The notes beneath the pieces were generated by a model. The model saw only the letters and a list, made by a program, of their open reading frames with translations, did not search any database and was not told the origin of the DNA. Made by a program: the position numbers and the translations under genes. Positions 1-11,759 of a stretch of DNA of 62,000 nt are shown here, piece by piece. Location of the stretch: contig OX597817.1 in NCBI GenBank assembly GCA_951406725.2, forward strand, positions 87,874,001-87,936,000. The letters are read 5' to 3'. The DNA comes from Octopus vulgaris (lineage: Eukaryota). How positions within the stretch are numbered: position 1 is the stretch's first letter; each line of letters starts with the position of its first letter.

Positions 1-1560
1 TAAGTTCAATTCCTTTACTGGGTAATACTCAACTGAAAATAAGTACTGGTCAAACTACTGCTGTGCTCAGTCTGTCATGGGTGTCTGCTCTTGTCTCTTC
101 AGTACTGGCTGTAAAGCCACTACTGTGAAAATTGGAGGCATTGGGAGGCAGCCCATGTGAACTAAGATGTTGAAGAATCATGTCAGCATATGCAGATGAC
201 ATCACTGTCATATTGTTGAACACCAGACACATAGATCTGGTCAGCAATGCTCTAGAAGGATATGAGGTTGTGACAGGAGCAAAAATTAACCATGAAAAGT
301 TAGTGTGCCTACAGCTCGGTCATCTGAAACCATCATAGGTTGCTGGATGAAGGGACCCATTAAATTGCACAGGGTCTGGTTTGGTTCAGATCTCCAGGTG
401 GAGAAGAACTGGGATGAGGTGACAAGCAGGGTGGCCAATCTCATGCATAAATGAGCCAAGAGAAAGCTGTCCTGAAACGTTGGGCAGAGGGGCAAATGCT
501 TACATCATTGCCATTATATATTATTGTCTGACTGTTATGCTTTGCCCCAGTCTACATCTGACCAAACTGGAGTGCTAACCCTTCTACTTTCTGTAGAATG
601 GACGTGTTCCACTGGTTAGGCACTCCATTTGCTGTCAACACTCACTGAATGGAAAGCTAGGTTTTCCATGGCTGCTAAGTGCAGACATGTGCTGAGGTTA
701 CGACATCTCCAGTACTTCCATGTTAGTAAGAAGGTATGGTCACCATTTGTCGGACAGGGTTTTACACAGCTCATTTCTTTGACTGAACTGTAGCCCTGGA
801 TCAAGCATAGACCAAGGCAGAGTGCCTGGCACCTAGAGTGTCATCAGGCACTCACAGTCCTCTATCAATCGGGCAATGTGGTCAATGGAATTTCAACAAT
901 GGTATTCTGTAGAGGGTTAGTGGTGGGCAAGTGCAAGTGCAACAAAGTTCTCAGGGAGACTCTAGACATCAACAGGAATCACCTAGGTGGACTGTTCTGG
1001 AGGACTTTCAGGCTGAGATCTATGGATAATTTCCAGAAATTTATAGCCTGACAGTAGTACTGGGGGACATTGCTAGTGTAGGCATGGAAGTGCCATCAAT
1101 CAAGCTTGCCTAAGGTGCATACAGAGTGATGAAACTGATCTGTGTGCTCTTGTCCAGTGCCTGGGCATTGCTGACTTGTGGGTTTATGTCAAACACCTGC
1201 CTTTATGTGCAGAGCAGATCCAGTTATTGGCTGAGTTCATTGTGAAGATTGTCTTGCTACTTCCTTTGGCCAGGATAGACTGGCAGCATTTCTTTGCCTG
1301 ATGGTCTGAGCAAAAGAGGTTGTGTGGTGGACAGATTGAAAGAGCTGAAGAAAAATACTTTCTTCTTTGGCCAAGCCCCCATCAACTGCTTTCAGTTTCA
1401 TTTGAAAAGGAAAGTAAGGGCAGAGAGGAAAGTACTGCTTCCCAGCAATTTTGTTTAAAGGTGGGTGAACATTGCAAGAATGGTCTGAGTGAATGGGCCT
1501 ACCCTATGCATGCACTTGTAGGTTGAAGGAGAACAATGTGGTGAGGGCACTTGCCCAAGT
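1..1560 (+). mobile_element. Decayed L1/Tx1-clade LINE ORF2 fragment (RT, C-terminal region)
   Basis: Frameshifted translation from ~67: SVCHGCLLLSL..VLAVKPLL*KLE...SAYADDITV...YEVVTGAKINHEK, then WFGSDLQVEKNWDEV..RKLS. Matches L1/Tx1 RT motifs (SVRQGCPLSP, YADD, SGAKIN); many stops. Confidence 0.75.
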
Positions 1561-1574
1561 GGTCAGGGTAACCA

Positions 1575-2610
1575 TGGTTTTGTGAGTGGATTTTGTAGAT
1601 GGAAACTGAAAGAAGCCCATCATTATACATATATGTATATAGGTTAAATAAAATGAAACAACAAAGCCAAAGCAGTGTGAAATTTCTAGGACATTTTATA
1701 TGTATGTATTTGTGTCTGTGTTTGTCCTCCCACCATCGCTTGACAACTGATGTTGGTGTTTATGTCCCCATAACTTAGCAGTTCGGTAAAAGCGTCCAAT
1801 AGAATAAATACTAGGATTACAAAGAATAAGTCCTGGGGCCAGTTTGTCCAACTAAAGGCAATGCTCCAGCACTGTGCCTATAATAATAGGCACAGATGTG
1901 GCTGTGTGGTAAGAAGCTTGCTTCCCAACTACATTGTTCCAGGTTCAGTCTCCCTGCGTGACACCTTGGGCAAGTGTCTTCTACTATAGATTTGGGCTGA
2001 CCAAAGCCTTGTGAGTGGATCTGCTTGACAGAAACTGAAAGAAGCCCATGTGTATGTCTTTTTGTTTGTGTTTGTTCCCTACTACTGTTTGACAACCAGT
2101 GTTGGTGTGTTTACGTTCCCGTAACTTAGCAGTTCAGCAAAGAGGATTAATAGAATAAGTACTGGGGTTGATTCATTTGACTAAAAATTCTTTGAAGTGG
2201 TGCCCCAGCATGACCACAGCCTAATGACTGAAACAAGTAAAAGAAGCTTGCTTCCCAACCACATGGTCCCAGCTTCATTTCCACCGTGTGGAACCTTGGA
2301 CAAGAGTCTTCTACTATAGCTTCAGGCCGACCAAAGCCTTGTCTGTGGATTTGGTAGACAGAAAGTGAAAGAAGCCCATCATATATATATATATTTATGT
2401 GTGTGTGTCTGTCTGTCCACCTACCATTGCTTGACAACTGATGTTGGTGTGTTTACATCCCCATAACTTAATGGTTCGGCAAAAGGGACTGATAGAATAA
2501 GTACTAGGCTTGTAAAGATCAAGTCCTGGGGTTGATTTCTTCAACTAAAAATCCCTTTAAGGCAGTGTTCCAGCATGGCTGCAGTCAAATGAATGAAACA
2601 AGTAAAAGAA
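1575..2610 (+). mobile_element. Three tandem copies of the dominant tRNA-derived SINE (family S1)
   Basis: Repeated head gtggctgtgtggtaagaagcttgcttcccaac..caccttgggcaagtgtcttctactatagc and tail ..tgctccagcatggccgcagtcaaatgactgaaacaagtaaaag. Confidence 0.8.
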
Positions 2611-3094
2611 TAAGCTCCTAATAATATTACAAAAATATAATAGGATTTTTTAAATATTGAACAATTTTGAGGGCCCACCCAAGTAAAATTGGAATCAAAA
2701 GGGGTCTATACTTAAAAAATGGTCGAGAACTGGTGGTTTAGTTGAAGTAGCTTGATCAGAGTAACGGAGACCAAGGTAGTTATAGCAGAGACAGAATAGA
2801 AAACAGTGCTTCAGTAGGCAGCAGACAGTTGGTCTGTCTTTAATGTAATGTTCATGTTTACGTCATTACTCACTGTCACATGTTTCAATAATAGTATACC
2901 TGTTTTGTAAACCATCAACAATAATTTAGATTTCTTGTATTCTCTAATTCTAAACAGGAAACTCAAACTTTGTTATGTAGTTTTGACTATTTTATATGTG
3001 CTCCCCATAAATGATCATAGCATTTATAGAGAATATGATATCTTAAGTAGTTGTAGTAATCTTAGTCATGGCCAATGCTGGTGTCAAATAACTG

Positions 3095-3430
3095 GTACCC
3101 AAGTCAGTAGCCTGTAAAAAACACCTTTCGAGTGTTGAGCTTCATGGAGGCAATGACAAATGACTGAGACTTTTGGCATTATTCTGTGCTTGTGAAGAAG
3201 ACCCATCAAGCCAAGTGAAATTGTAGTCGTAGCAAATACTGGTGTCATGTAAATAGCACCTATGCTGGTGGCACATAAAAGCACCCATTGCACGCTCAAA
3301 GTGGTTGGCATTAAGAAGGGTATCCAGCCATGGAAGCCATGCCAAATCAGACTAGAGTCTGGTTGAGCCTTCCAGCTTGTTAACCCTGGTCAAACCATCC
3401 AACCCATGGACAATGGACATTAAATGATGA
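3095..3430 (+). mobile_element. SINE with RTE-like 3' tail (family S2), ending in (GAT)n
   Basis: ggcacataaaagcaccc..gtggttggcattaagaagggtatccagc..ccatccaacccatgg..taaatgatgat; the same tail recurs many times in the window. Confidence 0.7.
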
Positions 3431-3439
3431 TAATGATAT

Positions 3440-4505
3440 TTATACATAACAGCCTGCTTCATTCAGTTTCTCCCTACCAAATCCACTCACAAGGCTTTGG
3501 CTGGCCTGAGGCTATAGTAGAACACACTTGCCCAAAGTGCCACACAGTGGGACTGAACCCAGAACCATGTGGTTGGGAAGCAAGCTTCTTACCACACAGC
3601 CACACCTGCACCTATGCTTTTGTTGTCATTTCCCCACAATAATATATCAAGTCAATAATAGAGAGAAGGAAAAGTGTGGGAAACATAAACCGTGTGCTGC
3701 ACCAGAATGTAATAGAATAAACCCTGAGAAAACCCTGACATCAAATACTGTGACAGATTGACCTGGCAGTGCTCGAGGATGACCGAATGTTGTTGATTTA
3801 AGTCCTTTCAAAAGTTAAGAAGAGAAGAGCAATTATTAATTTCCTGTATTTATTGTATTCAATAACATTGGTATACAGTCAACATTTTATTAAAATCTCA
3901 AAATATCATATTAATTATCTCAATTCAAATTGACCTTTAGTCTGTCTTCATGAACCAAAATAAATAATAAATGACTTTGATTGGAATAATTAAAACTTTG
4001 TACTACAATATATTTTCAAAACACATGAATATTGATTTCTCTCATAGAAATAAAGTGATAGATTTGGGGAAGACTGTACATAACTGATCAACCCCAGTAC
4101 TTTTTTTTAAAAGCCTGGTACTTATTCTATCAGTCTGTTTTGCTGAACTGGTAGGGTTACAGAGCCATAAACATACCAACATTGGTTGTCAAGTAGTCGT
4201 GGGGGACAAACACAAAGAGACACACACACATTTATATATATATACACACATACACATTAATATGTGCAAGTATGGCCCCACCACTACTTGATAACCAGTG
4301 TTGGTATGTTTACAGCCCTGTAAATAGAAACATATATATTTTTATATATGATGGACTTCTTTCAGTCTACATCTGCCAAATCCATTCAGCAGGCTTTGCT
4401 CAGCCCAAGGCTATAGTAGAAGATATTTGTCCAAGGTGCCATACTGTGGGACTGAACCTGGAATCATATGGTTTCAAATCAATCTTCTTTCCATACAGTC
4501 ATGCC
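3440..4505 (-). mobile_element. Two reverse-oriented S1 SINE copies (3440-3612, 4070-4505)
   Basis: Reverse complement of the S1 head and tail motifs. Confidence 0.7.
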
Positions 4506-4892
4506 TGGTCTTTATTGTATTGCTCCTAGAAGGACAAAAATCAAAGTTTACCTAGGTAAATGTGAACTCTGGATATAAAGAGATGTAGTTAAATAACACA
4601 GTTATTTTATTCACAATGCCACTGAATTTGTCAACCACTACACTTCCATAGACATAAATATTAAAAAAGATATTATTTGCTTGAAGGAAAATTCTTATGA
4701 AACACAACAATATATTCTTTTTAAATATCTCTAATTAGAGTTAAGAATGATAAATCCATTCTTCAAAAAAATGTTGAAAAAATCAAAAGTAACACTAGTA
4801 ATGCAATGTTTTCAATGATTCCAGCCACATAAAGAATTATATGCAAGGCTGAGACATAAGTGTATTTAAATTACTCTACACACTGCATGAAG

Positions 4893-5225
4893 GCACATCG
4901 CTCAGTGGTTAGAGCATTGGGCTTACAATAACAAGGTAGTGAGTTTGATTCCCGGACTGGGTTGTGTGTTGTGTTCTTGAGCAAGAGACTTTATTTCACA
5001 TTGCTCCAGTTCACTCAGCTGTAGAAATGAGTTGCGACATCACTGGTGCCAAGTTGTATCAGCCTTTGCCATCCCCTTGGATAACATCAGTGGCATAGAG
5101 AAGGAAAGCTGATATTCATGGGTGATTGCTAGTCTTCCATAAACATCTGGCTCAGACTTGAGCCTCAGAGGGGAACATTCTAGGTGCAATTCTATGTTCA
5201 TTCATGACCGAAGGGAATCTTTTAC
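4893..5225 (+). mobile_element. tRNA-derived SINE with V/CORE-like central domain (also ~34513-34800, ~59745-59975)
   Basis: A box gctcagtggttagagc, B box gagtttgattcccgg, then ttgtgttcttgagcaagagactttatttcacattgctccagttcactcagctgtagaaatgagt. Confidence 0.7.
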
Positions 5226-6356
5226 TTTTACACACTGCCATATGAATTATGGCCAGATATTCTGTAAAAATTTATACCTAGCAAGAAGCACCAATTAATA
5301 ATACTAATGTGTGTTCAGGTGCACAAGAAACAGTTTCTTTTTATAGGAATAGCTGTGCATTCAGTGCAAAGAAACTTACAGTTTAGTGACTTATTTCATT
5401 ATATATTTAGTGGCAGAGGAAACACATCTTCATTGGCATATACACTACTTAGCTCTTATTAACCTTTGACCTTGTGCTGTTTCATTGATAGACGAATGAT
5501 TATGGGAATGAGAAAAATCAATTTAAATTCTAATCTGCAAAGACCAAGTTCACTTCACTAGGGAGTAGTCTTAATATCTTAAACATTACACTTTCTTCAA
5601 TTTTCATAACTTTCACCCCTTTGCATTCAAACCATGCCTAGCCCAGCCCAAATATTCTACCAGTTTTATGTTCAAATTGGCCAAATCTAGCTTTTCACAC
5701 CTACCCTACAATGTCGTGCTAAAAATGAATAGGGATATTATTTAAATTTCAAAGCTACAGAACAATGCACGATTAATTCAAAATGTAAATAAATATGCAT
5801 TACATACATTCCACAAAAGAAAGAAATGTCACAAAAGAACGAAATATCACAATTCTTCCTTATTTACAGTTATTTGACTTCCAATCTGTCACAGGCTTCG
5901 TCTTTTCAATGTCTGCTGTTCTACTGCTACTTTAATAGTTACTGTTTCCTCAAACTCATCTGCTTCCCACCACTTACACTCAAAGCTACTTCTGCTTCTC
6001 ACTCTTCACATCCTGCATCTTTTCCCTATTAAATATTTTGTACAATATTTTTCTTAGCATGTCCAGCTATTTTACCAGCAACTAGTAATTTTCATAATTA
6101 CATGAATCGCATCTCTTTATAATTCATTTTGTCTAACCTTTGTTTCAACTCTAGGTTTTCTTCTCACCTCCAATTTAACTGTTCATCTGATAATCACCTT
6201 CCACTTATGCAGTTATCGACTCTACATCTCTAACTCTGTGGCTTCATGCAATGCTAACCTCTCCCAGAACAAGAGCTGTTCTTGAATATCTCATTGTTAT
6301 TTGGCAGGGAGCATTGATGATTGATGACTGTGAGAGAAATAATCTCATCATTCATA

Positions 6357-6372
6357 CCTCTCTCTCTCTCTC

Positions 6373-6424
<52 letters not shown>

Positions 6425-6514
6425 CATACATATACACATAAACACACACATACAAACATACATACGTACGTACATACATACATACATACATACAGACAGA
6501 CAGACAGACAGACA
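6357..6514. repeat. Compound microsatellite (CT)n(TA)n(CATA)n(CAGA)n
   Basis: Direct inspection. Confidence 0.95.
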
Positions 6515-7015
6515 GATGTTAACATAAAGCTGAAAATCACTAAAAAGGAGAATAAATACGCTGAACTGTTGAGAAATATGCAGTTACTCTATCCAGATTA
6601 CAAGTTCAGGTTTATACATGTAATTATGGGGTACTGGGATATGTAACACACTGTTTAAATATCAATCTTGAGAAATTAGGCTTCTCGAAACGAGAAAGGA
6701 GAAAGTTGATTTGACATCTACTGATCCAGTCCATCACTGGAACTGTAAAATTCTGTCAAACTTTCCAGAAGTCTATCATTTAAGTATATATGAGCATGCC
6801 TAGATATGCAAGTATATGCATGAGAAGACTTACATAAAACAAAATGTACGAATCTGCATGTATACATACATACAAAAATCAAAAATCCCCTGTTGTTGAT
6901 GTTGAAATTCCATTGAAGGTGCCTTGGATCTAGGTTAGAAACTGGCTCTTTCTCTATTGACAAGAAATCTTGAAATAAAACTGAATAATGACACACATAC
7001 ATACATATTCATATA
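6515..7015 (+). mobile_element. 3' end of an RLE-type non-LTR retrotransposon (R4/NeSL-like)
   Basis: DVNIKLKITKKENKYAELLRNMQLLYPDYKFRFIHVIMG, frameshift, VLGYVTHCLNINLEKLGF..IQSITGTVKFCQTFQKSII* (stop at 6781-6783). Begins at a (CAGA)n tract; the putative 3' UTR ends at a (CATA)n tract. Confidence 0.65.
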
Positions 7016-7043
7016 CATATATATATGTGTGTGTGTGTGTGTG

Positions 7044-7312
7044 GAGGCGCAATGGCCCAGTGGGTAGGGCAGCGAACTCGTGGTCGTAGGATCGCAGTTT
7101 TGATTCCCAGACCGGGCGTTGTGAGTGTTTATTGAGCAAAAACACCTAAAGCTCCATGAGGCTGTACTCTTTCACCACAACTTTCTCTCACTCTTTCTTC
7201 TGTGAGCCTGCTCGCTTAGCCAGTGAGGTGGTGTCATTTGAAGGCTAAAACAATGTGAAGCGCATTATGAACAGCGATGTGTAACAATATCTGGTCGGTC
7301 ACGGTGATCACG

Positions 7313-7318
<6 letters not shown>
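7044..7318 (+). mobile_element. tRNA-derived SINE (tail also seen reversed at ~41310-41430)
   Basis: ggcgcaatggcccagtgggtagggcagc..gttttgattcccagaccggg head; tail ..cagcgatgtgtaacaatatctggtcggtcacggtgatcacg. Confidence 0.7.
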
Positions 7319-7355
<37 letters not shown>

Positions 7356-7449
7356 GTATATAGGGGAAGAATTCACAAAAAAAAAATACAAAGACAAGTG
7401 GTGTAGACAACAAACAGATGTATTAGTTTAATGCTCGGGAAGTGAGAAA

Positions 7450-7490
7450 GTCTTTAACATTTCGAGCCTATGCCCTTCCACAGAACGGAA
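7450..7490 (-). ncRNA. Degenerate minimal hammerhead-like motif in a PLE pseudo-LTR remnant
   Basis: Minus strand: CCGTT CTGTGGA A GGG catagg CTC GAA ATGT T AAAGAC; flank resembles the 3' end of the PLE at 20028-20161. Confidence 0.55.
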
Positions 7491-9194
7491 CACAGAAAGA
7501 AACAGGGAGGGCAAATAAAGAATGTATAGTGGTTAGCAATCTATCATACATACATATACACACATACATGTAAAGATATATACATTCATACACACACACA
7601 CAAACACATACACACACACGCACATATATATATATATATTGGTTATAAGAGGTAATGGTGTCATTGAGACCCAAAGGAATCTTACATATATACCAATCTG
7701 CCTAAAAAAATGGATCTACAACTTCAATATCCCTACATATCTTACATCTATTTTCTTTCCTCCACCTCACTCTCTATTTTGTATCCTATCTAAACTAACT
7801 ATTACTTAAGGGATATAATTAATAAATATCCTGGAAACAGCTGTAAGACCTTCTATCTATAAATGTTCTAATATCTACACAGCCTTGGTTTTTTTATCTC
7901 ATTATGCAAAAAATTCTTATATATATATATATATATTATATTTATATTCCTGCTAGAAATACAGTTATTTCTCACTCAATCATCTCCTGTATGTTTTACA
8001 TTTCCTCTTTAGCATTCATATTAAATAGATAACTCCACATTATCCAATAGACAATGACTGTCATTATATTTTGTAGCTTATTAAAAAGTGAAATACCTTT
8101 AGCACTCGTTGAGGTAATCATGACTTTCAACATAAATTCATAAATTCTTTAATTGTAACAATAATTAAATGGCTACTAATCAGGCAACCAGCAAGACAAA
8201 TGTCTAATATGAAAAGGAAATGTGTGTATCACTGTTTGATTAGCAGATGTATCAATATTGATTAAAATAGAAATAATATCATTTACTATAATTACAGTCT
8301 TGTAAGTGCATAATTGCATTGATTAATTACCACTCTCATTGCTTCATTGTTAGAAAAATAAGGAACCATGAAATTTTGCAGCTTCTCCAATCTTCAATTC
8401 CTGCTCTTCTTCTATAATTGTACTTTTGTAGAAAATATTTTACACAAACAATGCTTATGTACATGTATCTTTAGAATTTCATTAGCTGCTGTATTCTTTC
8501 AATCCTTATTTATTTTTTTGTTTTTAGGAAAACCTACCTAAGCAAACCAAAATAAATTACATTTTTTCATTCATTCTTTTCTCTAACAAAATTAACCATT
8601 GTGATATTTAATATCATTACAAAATCAGTTTTAAATTCTTTTTTTTTTTCTTTTCTTCTTTGTTGCTTATTCATTAAATTTTCAAAATAGTGTTTGTTGT
8701 CTTTCTCCCCTTCTGCATGATTTTCTGGTTGGTGTTTAGAAAGAAGAAACAAATGCATAATTTTCCACAAAAAGTTATCATTAAAAGAATTTCTGAATTC
8801 TGTCTATCGTTACCAAGGTTTTGTTATTTTCTTCATAAATTTCTTTATTTCTTATAGGAATTCTTTCATTTTCAAATTTGTTTCTTGAGAATTTTTTCCC
8901 CTTCTGTTTCTTATCTTAACTATTTACCTTTTCCTTTGAAAGAACTTGCAAACCATTTATTTTGCTATCATTTCGGTCTGTATTATATAATTTGAGTCAG
9001 TAATGATTCCTTACAAATGATAAATGGTTTAAGTAAATAAAAGGAACTGTATGCTTCTGTGAGGGTTTCAAGTTGGCTTTCAGTTACTTGAGCATTTCAA
9101 ATGATTTAATTGGTGGGAATGAAATAGATACTTTTAGAAAAGATATGCTATCTATGCATAAACACATATATGTGCATACACACATGCTCACACA

Positions 9195-9237
<43 letters not shown>

Positions 9238-9373
9238 TAGATAGATAGATATAATATACACACATACATATACACATATATAATTATATGTATGAGTGTT
9301 TCTTTTCACATACTGTACATATAAATGTATGCATATAAATGTATGCATGCATTTACTGCGTGTGTGTGTATAC

Positions 9374-9414
<41 letters not shown>

Positions 9415-9690
9415 TCTAAATATACATATTACATGTGTGTGTGTGTATATATATATATAATTATATGTATGAGTATTTCAGTTTTATATTTAAGAGATGA
9501 GGAATTATGTACATTATTTACGTTATTTACATTTGACAGATATTTGCGCTCATCTTGTTTGTTGTTAACACAACATTTTGGCTGATATACCCTCCAGCCT
9601 TCAACAGGCATCTTGGGCATGTGGTGTAGTGGTTAAGAGCGTGGGCTACTAACCCCAAGATTCCAAGTTTGATTCCAAGGAGTGACCTGA

Positions 9691-9749
<59 letters not shown>

Positions 9750-9895
9750 GAAATGACAGAAAAATTTAAGGTGGAGTACATTTTGGCTGATATACCCTCC
9801 AGCCTTCATCAGGCGTCTTGGGCATATGGTGTAGTGGTTAAGAGCGTGGGCTACTAATCCCAAGATTCCAAGTTTGATTCCAAGGAGTGACCTGA

Positions 9896-9933
<38 letters not shown>

Positions 9934-9936
<3 letters not shown>

Positions 9937-11205
9937 GAAATGACAGAAAAATTTAAGGTGGAGTACTTGCACTGACTGAGACTGATCCTTAAGTTGAAAT
10001 TAAATGGACGGAATAAGATCGAAGCTATCAACACCTAGATGGTTTCGCTCCTTAGATATGGAGCAGGGGTAATTGCATGGACAGTAGACTAACTAAACAG
10101 CATAGACAGAAAGACAAGAATGTTGCTAACTAGATATGGGTAACTCCACCCAAAAAGTGATACAGTCAGACTGTATGTACCAAGAAAAAGAGCGGGGAGT
10201 GGACTTATTGGATGCGAACACAGCATTAGAGCAGAAGAAAACAACATAGCATGGTATGTAAAAAATGCCACAGAACTGCTATTATTAGAAGTAAGAAGAT
10301 CAGGCTTGTGTAATGAAAGATTGCAAAGATAAAGCACTATATAAGAAATTGAAAACGAGTGAAACTGAAAATAGGTGGATAAAGAAAAGAATGCATGGTC
10401 AATTTCATAGGGATGTTGAAGATAAGACAAACAGAGAAAAAAGATGGCTGTGGATGACTAAGAGTGATTTAAAACCAGAAATGGAGGCTCTCATCTGTGC
10501 TGCCCAAGAGCAAGTACTAAGAACAAACTACATAAAATACGGAATAGACAACACAACAGTCAGTGATAAGTGCAGAATCTGTGGACAAAATGGTGAAACC
10601 ATATGGTATATTACCAGCCAATGTGCACCACTAGCCCAGAAGGAATATAAGAGATGCCACAACAATATAGCCAAGTTTGTCCATTAGACACTTTGCAACA
10701 AGTATGGACTTGACAGAGCAAAAATTTGGTATGACCACAAACCTGAAGGGATCGTCAAAAATAGAAATGCAAAGATCCAATGGGATTTTATGATTAAGTG
10801 CAACCATGAGATAGAGAATAGGAAGCCGGATATAGTCTTAATTGAGAAAGAAAACATCATAGATATAGCATGCCCAGCTGACAACAAGGTATGCGATAAG
10901 GAAGAAAGGAAATTTGATAGATATGTCAGATTAGCTTGGGAAGTTAAGCAGTTGTGGTCAATGAAAAAGGTAGCAGTAGTACCAATAATTTTCGGAGCCC
11001 TAGGAACAGTGAGCAAAAACCCTGAGAAGTACATGGAACAAATAGGGGCTGCAATGAGGGTGGAGCACTTGCAGAAAACAGCACTACTTGAAACTACTCG
11101 AATACTCCAGAAGGTGCTTGAAAAATAAGAGGTGTTACCTTAGTTCACTAGTACTGAACAGCTGACACTGTAGTACATCTCCAGCATTAGAAGCTGTGCA
11201 AAGTC

Positions 11206-11246
<41 letters not shown>
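9934..11246 (+). mobile_element. 5'-truncated R4/Dong-clade LINE (RT thumb, CCHC knuckle, RLE) inserted in (AAT)n
   Basis: LLRYGAGVIAW..LHPKSDTVRLYVPRK; MHGQFHR..DKCRICGQNGETIWYITSQC..YKRCHN; KPDIVLIEKENIIDIACPAD..VVPIIFGALG..LETTRILQKVLEK*; (AAT)n at both ends. Confidence 0.85.
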
Positions 11247-11248
<2 letters not shown>

Positions 11249-11295
11249 TTGAAAAATACCTTAGGAAATAGAACCCAGGTTTGAAATTTCCCCAA

Positions 11296-11338
11296 AACAT
11301 CTGATGATGGTTGGAGAGTATATCAGCCAAAACGTGTT
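11296..11338 (+). ncRNA. Hammerhead-like motif (G12A, stem I truncated)
   Basis: CTGATGA(11301-07) T GGTTG gagagtatat CAGCC AAA ACGT; sister copies on the - strand at ~9565-9612 and ~9780-9820. Confidence 0.55.
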
Positions 11339-11717
11339 AACAACAAACAAGATGACGACAAATATCCATCAAATGTAAATAATGTATGAGTATTTCTTCA
11401 CATATACTGTTCATATAAATGTATACATGCATTTAGTCTGTGTGTGTGTGTGTGTGTACACAAATATATATCTGTATATGTTTTGGCTCATTTGCTTATT
11501 TGAAATGTTGAGAAACTTGAAAATAATTTTTTTTTAAGTTGCTCTTCCAAAGAAAGCTATAAGTAATAAATTACATAATATTGAGTAAAAAAAACCCTTT
11601 GAATAAGATAAAATAGATATAATCACTTATACAAAATGAACAACATGTTTACTGTATGTCAGACAGTTATCGGGATTAGGAGTTTATCTGTAAAAGTGAG
11701 AGAGTGAATCTTTTTAA

Positions 11718-11759
11718 GGGGCTACTGATGAAGAGCCATGCTATAAACATCACAGCCCC
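11718..11759 (+). ncRNA. Degenerate hammerhead-like motif, separate family
   Basis: GGGGCT a CTGATGA A GAGC cat GCTA TAAAC atca c AGCCCC: stem I and the core are intact, the GAAA side is mutated. Confidence 0.45.

Larger units (their letters stand above)
9480..11381 (+). mobile_element. Composite insertion: inverted hammerhead tail + tRNA-like head (tandemly duplicated) + (AAT)n + nested R4/Dong LINE + (AAT)n + hammerhead tail, between 15-bp direct repeats
   Basis: atgtatgagtatttc at 9465-9479 and 11382-11396; inverted arms ~9511-9617 and ~11290-11386; A box 9622-9632, B box 9667-9676. Confidence 0.75.

Noticed and set aside
5300-5465. 47-codon open stretch after an AG (VHKKQFLFIGIAV..)
   Set aside because: No donor before the stop; the resemblance to the TBC1D32 C-terminus is only I.IAV and is in the wrong order.
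6900-6950. cattgaaggtgccttggatctaggttagaaactgg as a hammerhead
   Set aside because: No CUGANGA-like core in register with a stem I; similar weak cases at ~55650 and ~55800 were also dropped.
8340-9000. K/E/N-rich broken reading frames on the - strand
   Set aside because: Multiple stops and frameshifts and no recognisable motif; may be a transposon ORF1 remnant but cannot be assigned.
9615-9690. tRNA gene calls for tRNA-like heads (also 4893, 7044, 59745)
   Set aside because: No paired acceptor stem or T-run terminator, mutated B boxes, run into SINE bodies or microsatellites.
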